From the IMG/VR virus record IMGVR_UViG_3300026926_000001, positions 1 through 53,795 of that record: a DNA stretch of 53,795 nucleotides; one strand, written 5' to 3'. This document shows, in pieces, positions 1 to 8,253 of this stretch. The position numbers were made by a program, and so were the translations under genes. Every line of letters starts with the position of its first letter. Positions within the stretch are counted from its first letter, which is position 1. Below the pieces are notes generated by a model. That model saw only the letters and a list, made by a program, of their open reading frames with translations, was not told the origin of the DNA and searched no databases. This DNA is from a virus. Its lineage: Duplodnaviria > Caudoviricetes.

Positions 1-37
1 AGAGAACATCTGCGACTATTGCAGGGAGAACTACTAA

Positions 38-421
38 ATGACGCAACGTAAATGGGAAACAACCGACGGCTGGAGTGTGCTGGCTGGCTGGGATCGCCCG
101 TTGCACCACTTCTTTGTGAGCATCGACCGCCAGTGCCGAGCATGTAATGGTGACGGCGGGTTTGGTCTCGAACCCAACGATGCCGACATGTGTGGTAAGT
201 GCCAGGGTGAGGGCAACGAATACCTGTTCAACAATCTGTCGGACACCACTGGTATGACGGACCTATTGGGCGGTATGTCCATTGATCAGGTCAAGCGTGT
301 GCTCGATGACAAGCTGACACAGTACCCACAGTCTGTGCTCAGTGACCTTGTTGGTGACCAGATTGCCAACGCGGGGAACCACATCCAAGTCTACGACACA
401 GTCGGCGCAGCAAAGCAATAG
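38..421 (+). CDS. Hypothetical protein with DnaJ-like CxxCxGxG zinc-finger motifs
   Basis: SD GGGAGA before ATG; CRACNGDG and CGKCQGEG motifs. Confidence 0.7.
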   Translation: MTQRKWETTDGWSVLAGWDRPLHHFFVSIDRQCRACNGDGGFGLEPNDADMCGKCQGEGNEYLFNNLSDTTGMTDLLGGMSIDQVKRVLDDKLTQYPQSVLSDLVGDQIANAGNHIQVYDTVGAAKQ

Positions 422-494
422 CGACGTCGTAGACACTGCTCCAATGCGAGGTGGGCATTGGGGCGACCTAGGCAGTTGGGGACTGTCTAGATAC

Positions 495-519
495 GCCCAG
501 ACAATCCATGGGGTATACT
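495..519 (+). promoter_or_regulatory. Early-type promoter (ATGGGG-TATACT)
   Basis: -10 TATACT at 514-519, same ATGGGG context as at 1980-1991 and 3651-3662. Confidence 0.55.
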
Positions 520-549
520 GTGCCTAGCCCCACCAGGGGCTACCAATGA

Positions 550-882
550 ATGCCGCATAGGAGTGTAGTCGTGGCTGACATGGTTAACGTCTCGGGCAAA
601 GTTGTGAAGGTGCATAAGCACCAGGACTTTTGTCCGGTCCCCAACAGTATCGCCGAGGTACTGCGTCTTAACAACCACCGTCTCTTGGGGACACACCAGC
701 ACGTCTGGGCGCAAGGCCAGAACATGAAACTGCCCGATGGCAGTTGGGCGCGCATTGTCCGTTGTCGAGTGACAGCGTGCCGTGTTAGAATTATGGTTAT
801 GCTCGAGCCTGTAGAGCAGCGTACCTGGGAAAGCACCCAGGAGACAGGCACCACAATTGCTGAAAGGGCACGCAGTCGCTAA
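550..882 (+). CDS. Hypothetical protein
   Basis: ORF coupled to next gene (TAATG); start may be downstream (SD AGGAG at 560). Confidence 0.55.
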   Translation: MPHRSVVVADMVNVSGKVVKVHKHQDFCPVPNSIAEVLRLNNHRLLGTHQHVWAQGQNMKLPDGSWARIVRCRVTACRVRIMVMLEPVEQRTWESTQETGTTIAERARSR

Positions 883-1109
883 TGGAAACGGACGCACGCG
901 GGTTTACTATCTTTGGTCACGTGGTTGACCATGCTGGTAACACCATCTCTGTGAAAGAGAGCAGTAGCGCGGAGGCCAACCGCGTCTGGGTGTTTATCGA
1001 AGAGAGCAACACCACACAGGCAGTGGAACTGAACCGAGACCAGGTCGACAGCCTGGTCTCCATGCTTCAGGCATGGCAGCACATGGACAACGGCAGTGCC
1101 GACCTCTAA
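882..1109 (+). CDS. Hypothetical protein
   Basis: TAATG stop/start overlap with upstream ORF. Confidence 0.65.
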   Translation: METDARGFTIFGHVVDHAGNTISVKESSSAEANRVWVFIEESNTTQAVELNRDQVDSLVSMLQAWQHMDNGSADL

Positions 1110-1266
1110 GCAGACCGAGGCACGGCAGCCTCAACAGCCAGACCCATCACTAAGCCCCAAGCTCAGAGCTTGGGCACACGTCCGTGAAGTGTGGAAACAC
1201 TACAAAATGGTCTGCCCGGAGCTTATCGAGGCAGAGGAAGAAGCCAAAGCAACCGACGATGAATAG
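1096..1266 (+). CDS. Small hypothetical protein (56 aa; not in ORF track)
   Basis: GTG start, reads MPTSKQ...VWKHYKMVCPELIEAEEEAKATDDE; fills the gap between neighbours. Confidence 0.45.
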   Translation: MPTSKQTEARQPQQPDPSLSPKLRAWAHVREVWKHYKMVCPELIEAEEEAKATDDE

Positions 1267-1510
1267 TACCATCAACTGGCAGGAAGTAGCACCTATCAAG
1301 GAGATTGTGTGGGCGTCCGTGTGTTGCGACGCCCCCGCTCTTTCACCACCGTTCGAGGACGAAGAGGGCAATGCCATCCATGTGTGCATGGATTGTGGCA
1401 AGAGAACAATGATTCAGCCGTGTTGGGGTGTGAAAATTGTGTGCCCTGAGCATGGACCACACATGCGTGCAATTCCAGTAGAACTGGTGAGTTACGACGG
1501 GCAGAACTAA
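1259..1510 (+). CDS. Cys-rich hypothetical protein (probable Zn-binding)
   Basis: ATG 1259 in frame with track ORF 1184; SVCC, CMDC, CPEH motifs. Confidence 0.6.
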   Translation: MNSTINWQEVAPIKEIVWASVCCDAPALSPPFEDEEGNAIHVCMDCGKRTMIQPCWGVKIVCPEHGPHMRAIPVELVSYDGQN

Positions 1511-1956
1511 TGTTGCCCGCGTTTATCAAGCGACGTGAACGCCGTCAATGGACACCAGGTCAGGCCAACTGGTACTGGATTGCAGACGCACCATGTGGCA
1601 TGGAAGTCATGTTCATAGAGAACCTTGCAATCGAACAGTGGACGTCGCCCGACAAAATCTGGTGCCACCATGCGCAGTGTGATATGTGCGATGCAGCAGA
1701 CCACACTATTGTCGCCCACGCAGACTGTGACGATTCTAGGAACTGGTTTCCTGTGCTGGCGTGCAATAGTTGGCTCAGTTCAGGGATCATGCCAGGGTGT
1801 GACGGAGTGAATCACACACTGAACGGTTTCAGTAGTGGAGTAGAAGACTGCTACTGGTGGTATCAGGGGAACTACCCCAATGGATGGGTATACTGGATGG
1901 GCGATTGGCGTTGCGGTCCCTGTACCACCAAATCCATAATCGGGCCACGTTCGTAA
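1510..1956 (+). CDS. Cys/Trp-rich hypothetical protein
   Basis: TAATG coupling; CDMC and CGPC motifs. Confidence 0.6.
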   Translation: MLPAFIKRRERRQWTPGQANWYWIADAPCGMEVMFIENLAIEQWTSPDKIWCHHAQCDMCDAADHTIVAHADCDDSRNWFPVLACNSWLSSGIMPGCDGVNHTLNGFSSGVEDCYWWYQGNYPNGWVYWMGDWRCGPCTTKSIIGPRS

Positions 1957-1961
1957 CACGA

Positions 1962-1991
1962 TTGCCCAAAAGACGTTCAATGGGGCATACT
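1962..1991 (+). promoter_or_regulatory. Early-type sigma70-like promoter
   Basis: TTGCCC-N18-CATACT; near-identical to 3633-3662. Confidence 0.65.
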
Positions 1992-2009
1992 TTGCCTGCG
2001 GGGTAGTGT

Positions 2010-2375
2010 ATGCCCCCTATGAACAGGAGTTTGGCAATGACGCGTTTGGCGCTAGAGTTTAGCTACAATCTGGCGTACAAAGAGATTACGCACCACGATG
2101 GCGGCCACGGCTGGACAAAGTCGGGTTCGCGTGGACGGACAACGTACCGTTGGGAGAAGCGCCAGATGGCGAAGCTCTCACGGCGCAACGGCCGTGAAAT
2201 TATTGCAGAGTACAGTGACAGCGGCCCAGACTTGGAGCTGGCCGCGTTGCTGGAACTGTGGGTAGCCTATCTCCTGTTCTTGGAGAACCTGTGGTTTGTG
2301 CAGGTTATGTTCGATTTCCTGCGCCCGGAGTGTGATGGCCCAGGATATTGTCACATTTGTGACGGAAAGGAATAG
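2010..2375 (+). CDS. Hypothetical protein
   Basis: ORF downstream of promoter; C-terminal CDGPGYCHIC; start may be ATG ~2037 after AGGAG. Confidence 0.6.
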   Translation: MPPMNRSLAMTRLALEFSYNLAYKEITHHDGGHGWTKSGSRGRTTYRWEKRQMAKLSRRNGREIIAEYSDSGPDLELAALLELWVAYLLFLENLWFVQVMFDFLRPECDGPGYCHICDGKE

Positions 2376-2377
2376 TA

Positions 2378-2722
2378 GTGGAAGAAGAGTATCACGGCAT
2401 GGACTGGTATGAGTATGCCGCGCCTACGGAGGCCAAGGCCATCGATTTTGTGGCCGAACTCAAGGCCAAGGGTTACGACGTAGAGCAGCCGTTTCACAGC
2501 ACGGCGGGCACGGATGGCCGCTTCAGTGCCGAGAACGGTTTCGGTGGCAACAAAGAGATGTGGACAATTACGGTGTACATCGACCAGGACTTTGTGTCTG
2601 CTGAAGTGGTTGCAGCCATGGACACCATCGCGGAAACCCATGACGTGGAAAGTTGGGGCTGTGAACCAAGCACCAGCTACGAACACGGCGAGCGCGACGG
2701 CAGCGTCAACGCGCACCTGTAG
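2378..2722 (+). CDS. Acidic hypothetical protein
   Basis: SD AAGGA, GTG start, tight operon packing. Confidence 0.65.
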   Translation: MEEEYHGMDWYEYAAPTEAKAIDFVAELKAKGYDVEQPFHSTAGTDGRFSAENGFGGNKEMWTITVYIDQDFVSAEVVAAMDTIAETHDVESWGCEPSTSYEHGERDGSVNAHL

Positions 2723-2731
2723 GGAGAAACT

Positions 2732-2953
2732 GTGAACGAAGAATGTCCGTTGGACAGCACGCCGCTGGACAACCAGTACGTCTTAGTCCCAGGGGCCACA
2801 CCAGAGAGTGGCCCCGCTTTCTGCCTCAACTGCGCGGTGGCAATCATTGCTCAGGCGTATGAAGGTGGTTACCTCGAGGGCAAGCAAATCAACAACGTGG
2901 AACAGCTCTGGCAACTGGCCCACGACATCACATTTCAGAGCATTGGGTACTGA
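2732..2953 (+). CDS. Hypothetical protein
   Basis: SD GGGAG; Cys pair motifs. Confidence 0.6.
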   Translation: MNEECPLDSTPLDNQYVLVPGATPESGPAFCLNCAVAIIAQAYEGGYLEGKQINNVEQLWQLAHDITFQSIGY

Positions 2954-3303
2954 TGCACACAATCCCACTTGAGTTCGAGGGCAGCATTCCGCTGCCCAAG
3001 GAACTGAACGGCTATGATTGCCGTATCTGCATGGTGCTTCAGCGTAGTGAAGTTGACGAGACACACTACGTTCTGCGCACCCACAAAGATGAGAGGCTGG
3101 ACGCGAACAACAACATGGTGGACTACTGTGACATCCTCACAGGTGAAGGCACCATTTGTCTGCCAGACCACCACTACGCGCATGCTGACCACAGTTGGGC
3201 AGAGCGCGTGACATACGCTGAAATGCTTGAAGTGCGTCTGCCTGCTGACGAATATCAGCGGTTGGACGTCAATCGTTGGCGCAATCGACCTGAGGTAGTG
3301 TAA
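2953..3303 (+). CDS. Hypothetical protein
   Basis: TGATG coupling; CRIC and CLPDH motifs. Confidence 0.65.
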   Translation: MHTIPLEFEGSIPLPKELNGYDCRICMVLQRSEVDETHYVLRTHKDERLDANNNMVDYCDILTGEGTICLPDHHYAHADHSWAERVTYAEMLEVRLPADEYQRLDVNRWRNRPEVV

Positions 3304-3593
3304 TGTCGGGTTGGGATTTGGCTGGATATGGAAAGCCAGCGCCAAAATCTGGCCCCAAACCCGTTGAGATGACAAAGTCTGGCCCCAAACTCGTTGAGAT
3401 GACTAGGAGTGAAACTATGGGTATTGAGATTACAACTGGCGCAGATACTGTTCTGCGCACAAATGACCCAGCGATGGCAAGTGCATTTCTGGGATCAATC
3501 GGGCAACAGGAAGTGCGATTGGTATGTTCAGTGGCTAGTCTTACGACTGGAGCTGACATTGCCAAGCTCGTTGTGGAACACGCTTATTCCTAG
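3303..3593 (+). CDS. Hypothetical protein (start uncertain, possibly ~3418 after AGGAG)
   Basis: TAATG coupling; internal SD-ATG. Confidence 0.5.
   Translation: MSGWDLAGYGKPAPKSGPKPVEMTKSGPKLVEMTRSETMGIEITTGADTVLRTNDPAMASAFLGSIGQQEVRLVCSVASLTTGADIAKLVVEHAYS
3345..3404 (+). repeat. 30-bp tandem duplication (KSGPKPVEMT/KSGPKLVEMT)
   Basis: aaatctggccccaaacccgttgagatgaca then aagtctggccccaaactcgttgagatgact. Confidence 0.9.
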
Positions 3594-3632
3594 ACCATCT
3601 GCCCAATTTGTCGCTCCCACGTTCGCCCACGC

Positions 3633-3662
3633 TTGCTCCAGCGACGGTCAATGGGGCATAAT
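3633..3662 (+). promoter_or_regulatory. Early-type sigma70-like promoter
   Basis: TTGCTC-N18-CATAAT. Confidence 0.65.
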
Positions 3663-3737
3663 TTGCGCATGCGCAGCAGGGTAACCTACACACGACGCCA
3701 GCAAGGCGCGGCCCTGCCCTGCGTAAGGAGTGTTTCC

Positions 3738-3884
3738 ATGGTCAAACAAAGCCTGCGGCTTTGGGACAAGGCCAGCCTTGAACGTGCCAAGGCGTGGTGG
3801 CTGTCCACGGGTGTTGAACTGTGCGGTAGGCGTGACGCTTACAACGCGGTTGCTGAAATTGACGCGGCGCTTAGGTCAAAGTAA
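3738..3884 (+). CDS. Small hypothetical protein (48 aa)
   Basis: SD TAAGGAG before ATG 3738. Confidence 0.6.
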   Translation: MVKQSLRLWDKASLERAKAWWLSTGVELCGRRDAYNAVAEIDAALRSK

Positions 3885-4246
3885 TGCCTGAGTACCACGG
3901 CGTCATGTTCCGCATGGCAAAGGGCGACAGCCCTTTTCATGCACCAATGGCAGAATTTACTACCACTGACCCACAACGGTTTCTGGCGTGGGTCGACCGC
4001 ATGGAAACCCAGGGCTACGTCGAGGCCAGTGAGTACGAAGCCAACCAGGTGATGCTTATGGTCATGGCACGGCGGCGGCGAGCTGAGCTTAGCAAGCCCT
4101 ATGACCCAACCCCTGAGCAAGTGGCTGCTGACAGGGCCAACAAGCCGAGTGGCAAGGGTCTCAAGCCAATGCCCAAGCCGACACGCGACTACCGTGGCAG
4201 TGAAATGCCCAAGGGTCCCTGGGAACCCATCCGTACCAAGTGGTAA
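3884..4246 (+). CDS. Hypothetical protein
   Basis: TAATG coupling; SD AGGT. Confidence 0.65.
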   Translation: MPEYHGVMFRMAKGDSPFHAPMAEFTTTDPQRFLAWVDRMETQGYVEASEYEANQVMLMVMARRRRAELSKPYDPTPEQVAADRANKPSGKGLKPMPKPTRDYRGSEMPKGPWEPIRTKW

Positions 4247-4301
4247 TGCGAGGCGGGGCGCGCAAGCGCCCTGTCAACAAAGCGACAAAGAGAGTGATGT
4301 A

Positions 4302-4490
4302 ATGAGAGACATGCGTAAATGGAGTGACGCCAAGCTTCAAGCACGACAAGAAGCACTCCGCGTGCTGCTGGCTGCGACAGCGCCCAAGGATGGGGTCGCA
4401 CCCAACAAGGAGATGGAAGGTTTTCGCAAGTATTGGCGGCGAGACTTGTATCAGGTACAAACCGAAATGAGTGTGCGGGGTATCCAATAA
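4302..4490 (+). CDS. Small basic hypothetical protein
   Basis: ATG 4302 in track ORF 4101; coupled to next gene. Confidence 0.55.
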   Translation: MRDMRKWSDAKLQARQEALRVLLAATAPKDGVAPNKEMEGFRKYWRRDLYQVQTEMSVRGIQ

Positions 4491-4672
4491 TGTTGGACAA
4501 GAAACAGTGGCGTGTCTACAAAAGTCAAGCGGCGCGTGCCAGCGCCCTGACACAAATGCTCAGGCACGGGAAGTACAACTACATCGTTCTCTACACAGAC
4601 ACCCGTGGTCCAGCAATCAACTGCGCCAACGTTCCGTGGGTGGGTAGGGGCAAGGTCCACATAGACCGATGA
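4490..4672 (+). CDS. Small hypothetical protein
   Basis: TAATG and ATGA overlaps on either side. Confidence 0.55.
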   Translation: MLDKKQWRVYKSQAARASALTQMLRHGKYNYIVLYTDTRGPAINCANVPWVGRGKVHIDR

Positions 4673-4857
4673 CTACCATTGTTATCGGCGGGGCCATAGT
4701 GCTGATTACGTGCATGGTGTTTGGCCCGTTCGGTCTGCTGATTCTCATACCACTGGCGCTCATGTCAGCCTGGTTTTTCAAGCCGAGCAAGCCAGGTGAA
4801 GGACTCAGTGGCAAAGAAATGGACGATGCTCTTAAGTCCTACTACGGGCGTAAGTAG
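4669..4857 (+). CDS. Small membrane protein
   Basis: N-terminal hydrophobic hairpin; ATGA overlap. Confidence 0.65.
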   Translation: MTTIVIGGAIVLITCMVFGPFGLLILIPLALMSAWFFKPSKPGEGLSGKEMDDALKSYYGRK

Positions 4858-4875
4858 AAAGGTGGCAGTGTTACA

Positions 4876-5232
4876 ATGAACGGTGGAGATGTATCCATGA
4901 TCAGTAGTGCAGAAGAGGCGCAACGCACACAGGCCGCACGATTCCAAATCTACAGGGATGCCGTGCTTAGCGGTTTCTACAACGAGTGGCCTGAGACCGT
5001 GGTCTACAACGGCTACCAACTGGTTCAAGAAGGCGAAAAGGTCGCCGTGGTGCGCAACGGTACGGTACTGATAAAGGTCCAGACCAAGCACATTGCGAAG
5101 TGTTGGGTGATTTGCCGTGTGAACAACTGTGGGTTGAGCGAGGCGACAAAGCTGGTGGCGGCAGAGGACAACACCATATTCTGCCAAGACTGCGGCAGTT
5201 ACGTTGCTCAGCCACACGATTGCCACGACTAA
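4876..5232 (+). CDS. Hypothetical protein with Cys/His motifs
   Basis: SD AAGGTGG; CRVNNC, CQDC...HDC. Confidence 0.6.
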   Translation: MNGGDVSMISSAEEAQRTQAARFQIYRDAVLSGFYNEWPETVVYNGYQLVQEGEKVAVVRNGTVLIKVQTKHIAKCWVICRVNNCGLSEATKLVAAEDNTIFCQDCGSYVAQPHDCHD

Positions 5233-5690
5233 AATCTGGCACGAATACCCCACTAATGATACTATCTTGGGCTTTGTTTCCAGGACCTACCAGCCAAGTA
5301 CAAATGGCGGCGGAATGGGAAGAAAGCCTAAGCGACGCACTTGCCATGACTTGTTCTTGTAACGCGACGTTCCGTTTGCGACATCTGATCTATAGGTCGT
5401 CGCAGAAAAGTGTCTGTCCCAACCATCTAACATACGCATTGTTCAGTAAGGTTCCCCCTGGTGTTATGTGGTGGCAGTCAATAGAAGACTCAATGTTGAT
5501 TTTGCGTGTTCTTTATGTGTGAGACTCTCCTAATCTGCCATGATAAGACTCGCAAATCTGGTACAATCGCGCAAAAAGATGGTAGTATCCGGTTATAAGT
5601 CATCACAAGTCTTTTTAATTCAAGATTAATGCGTCATGACACAGGTTTTATAAGCGGGGCACCCCGTAAAACTTCACTTTGACTGAGATT

Positions 5691-5956
5691 TCTGGCCCAC
5701 TGACAGAGAAGACGGTAGCTTCCCGTTTTCTATAAGATCTTAAGGATCGGGATCTGTGGCGGTACCTTATTCTCAGTAATTTCTGGCCTGACTCCCAGAA
5801 AGACGGTAGTTTCTTAAAGATCGCGATCTGGAACTAGGATCCGGATCTAGGGATCCCGATCTCCCCAGGATCTGGCCGTCCCTTGGGAGGGACGGTAGGT
5901 TCTATAAGAGCCAAAATCTGGCCCGACCCCAGACAAGACGGTAGCTTCTTAAAGAC
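5691..5956 (+). repeat. Degenerate ~45-bp-period array; four clear units TCTGGCC-N13-GACGGTAG
   Basis: Units start at 5691, 5782, 5871, 5917; weaker copies near 5557, 5738, 5827. Confidence 0.85.
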
Positions 5957-5966
5957 GGCCCGGCAG

Positions 5967-6143
5967 GTTAGCCACGGCTAACCTGGAGCGTTAGCTGGCG
6001 CTAACGCTTGCAGTTAGCATATGCTAACCTCTGGCGTTAGTACGTGCTTACGCTTGCCTGGAGCCAATGCTAACGCTTGCGCTTAGCTGGGGCTAACCTC
6101 TGGCGTTGTCCGCGGCTAACGCTTGCAGTTAGCATATGCTAAT
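5967..6143. repeat. Eight 16-bp palindromes GTTAGC-N4-GCTAAC at exact 23-bp period
   Basis: Copies start at 5967, 5990, 6013, 6036, 6059, 6082, 6105, 6128 with 7-bp linkers. Confidence 0.95.
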
Positions 6144-6156
6144 TGTGCAGTTTGCA

Positions 6157-6192
6157 CAAAGCGCCGCTGCCGCGCCTGCCAGCGGCGCTTTG
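6157..6192. other. 13-bp perfect hairpin
   Basis: CAAAGCGCCGCTG / CAGCGGCGCTTTG. Confidence 0.8.
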
Positions 6193-6434
6193 CAAGCGTA
6201 CCAATGTGCCAACTACAAGCATGCAAGCGCTCAATCAACCGATTGATTGAAAACTGGCATTAGCATATGCAAATATGCCTCTGGCAGGTTGCATCATTGC
6301 TAAATCACGTTAGCAATTTGCCAAACTGCAAATTTGCAATCTGTTATCAACTGCCAGCGCCGCGCCAGGCCAGCGCAAACTCAAAATTGTGCTAATGCCA
6401 GAGGTTAGTACAACCGATTTAGCAATTTGCAAAT

Positions 6435-6463
6435 TTGCCTGTTTCTACGCGTAGCATCATAGT
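6435..6463 (+). promoter_or_regulatory. Candidate promoter for Ala-rich gene
   Basis: TTGCCT-N17-CATAGT, similar to the CATACT/CATAAT -10 boxes elsewhere. Confidence 0.4.
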
Positions 6464-6507
6464 GCTGCCAGCGCCGCAACCTATACAAGCGGCGCGGGAG
6501 TAACGCA

Positions 6508-7686
6508 ATGGCAAAGCGCCAGAGCACAACCGATAGCGCGGCAACCGACAGCGCCGCAACCGATACCACGCCAGCGGCAGAGGCAACCTCTGCCAGCGTT
6601 CAACCGATTGAGGCAGACATGCCAGACACAACCGTTAGCGCCGCGCCAGAGGCAGCGGCAACCGCAACCGATACCGCGCCTGCCGCGCCTACTCCCGTTG
6701 AATTGGCGCATGCGGCAGTGCGACAGATTGAGGCAGCGCTGGCAGTGCTAGGCACTGACAATCCTGCCGCTGGCGCTTTGCAAGCGGCGCTAGACACTGC
6801 CAGAGGCAACGTAGCGCTGGCAGAGGCAGAGGCAGCGCTACAAGCGCTCAAAGCGTCCGAAATTGCTGCGGCAACCGCTGCCGCTGCCGCTCTGCCTGCC
6901 GATTTGCTCGCTGCCATGCTTGCGGCAATCGAAGCGAAATATGCGCCTGCCGCGCCAGAGGTTGCGCCAGAGGCAGAGGCAACCTCTGCCGCGCCTGCCA
7001 GCGGTAAGCGTCCGATTGGCGCTATCGCAACCGAACGCAACGCAACCGTAGGCGCGGCAATCGCTGGCGACTCGCCATTGCGCCAGCGAGCTACTGCCAC
7101 AATCGAAGCGTTCGACGCGGCGCATGCGGCAAAGCTTGTAGGCGTAGCGCGGCAGGCAGGCACGCGGTTTGCCTCAATCGTTGCGTTCGCTGGCGATGGG
7201 GTTGAGAACGCTGCCGATTACCGCATTCTGGCAACGGCAGTGCGCTTGCGCTTGCTTGACGCGCCATACCGCTGCCGTGAAAACGGGCAAGGTGTTGCAG
7301 TGCCGATTTGGCTCGCTGCCAGAGCGGCGCATGCGGCAGGCAGCGCTAAAGGCAACGATTCGCTGCCGCTCAAATTCTCTGATAGGCGAGAGGTTGTGCT
7401 GCGCAACGGCAGGTTTATTCTGGCAGTGCCTGCCGCTGGCGATTTGCCGCTGCGAACCTCAGAGGTTGCATGGCAGACATTCAACGGCACAACCGCTGCC
7501 GCGCCTGCCTCAACCTCAACGGTTGCCGTGCCTAGCTCGCCTGCCGCGCCTACTCCGCCAAACGTACAGGCAACCGCCAGCGGCGCTCTGGCGACAACCG
7601 CTCGCTGCCAGCATTGCAGCGCTCGCAACATCGTAGGCACGCCAGAATGCGCCAATTGCGGCGCGGCAGACTGGCATATCGCCTAG
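6508..7686 (+). CDS. Ala-rich protein of unknown function with C-terminal zinc ribbon
   Basis: SD GGGAG; 392 aa; C-terminal CQHC...CANC. Confidence 0.8.
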   Translation: MAKRQSTTDSAATDSAATDTTPAAEATSASVQPIEADMPDTTVSAAPEAAATATDTAPAAPTPVELAHAAVRQIEAALAVLGTDNPAAGALQAALDTARGNVALAEAEAALQALKASEIAAATAAAAALPADLLAAMLAAIEAKYAPAAPEVAPEAEATSAAPASGKRPIGAIATERNATVGAAIAGDSPLRQRATATIEAFDAAHAAKLVGVARQAGTRFASIVAFAGDGVENAADYRILATAVRLRLLDAPYRCRENGQGVAVPIWLAARAAHAAGSAKGNDSLPLKFSDRREVVLRNGRFILAVPAAGDLPLRTSEVAWQTFNGTTAAAPASTSTVAVPSSPAAPTPPNVQATASGALATTARCQHCSARNIVGTPECANCGAADWHIA

Positions 7687-7693
7687 CAGCGCC

Positions 7694-7718
7694 AGAGGCA
7701 GGCAAACCGCCTGCCTCT
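7694..7718 (+). other. 10-bp hairpin directly after stop codon (no U-tract)
   Basis: AGAGGCAGGC / GCCTGCCTCT. Confidence 0.6.
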
Positions 7719-8083
7719 ACCCTGCCTGCCTGCCATGCAACACCTAACCTCTACCCTGCCTGCCAGCGCTTACCACGCTACGCGGTATGCCGATTGGACG
7801 TTTGCCAGTTATTGCCTCTGGCCGCGTGCTACTCGCTGCCGCTCGCTGCCAGAGGTTGAGCGCCGCAAGCTTGTAGCGCGTGCCTCTAGCTATGCTGGCA
7901 AGCTTGCGCTACTGCCGCGCTACTCGCTGCCAGACACTTACAACGTGCCTGCCTACGCTCGCCAGCGGCAACCTCTGCCAGCGCTGCCAGACTGGCAGGT
8001 TGCCTGCCTAGAGGCAGTGCGCCATATGCGCCGCTGGCGCTACTACTCCGATTCGCCAGCGTAGCGCTGGCGCAACCGCTCAC

Positions 8084-8112
8084 AACCGCTGCCGCTCTGG
8101 CAGCGGTTTTTT
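8084..8112 (+). terminator. Intrinsic terminator
   Basis: AACCGCTGCC-gctct-GGCAGCGGTT followed by T run. Confidence 0.75.
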
Positions 8113-8253
8113 GTTGCCTGCCTGCCAGCGGCAACCGCTGCCAGAATGCCTCTAGGCGGCCCTGGCAAGCGCAAGGTACCGCCTGCCGCCATACCGCCAA
8201 CCTGCCAGCCACCCGCTGGTACCTGACGTCGTTGGATAGATCGTCAACCGTCA

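Noticed and set aside
5100-5522. 140-aa ORF
   Set aside because: Overlaps a better ORF, TTG start without SD, runs into non-coding repeats
5691-6143. CRISPR array
   Set aside because: Variable parts are only 4-13 nt, repeats are degenerate, and no cas genes are present
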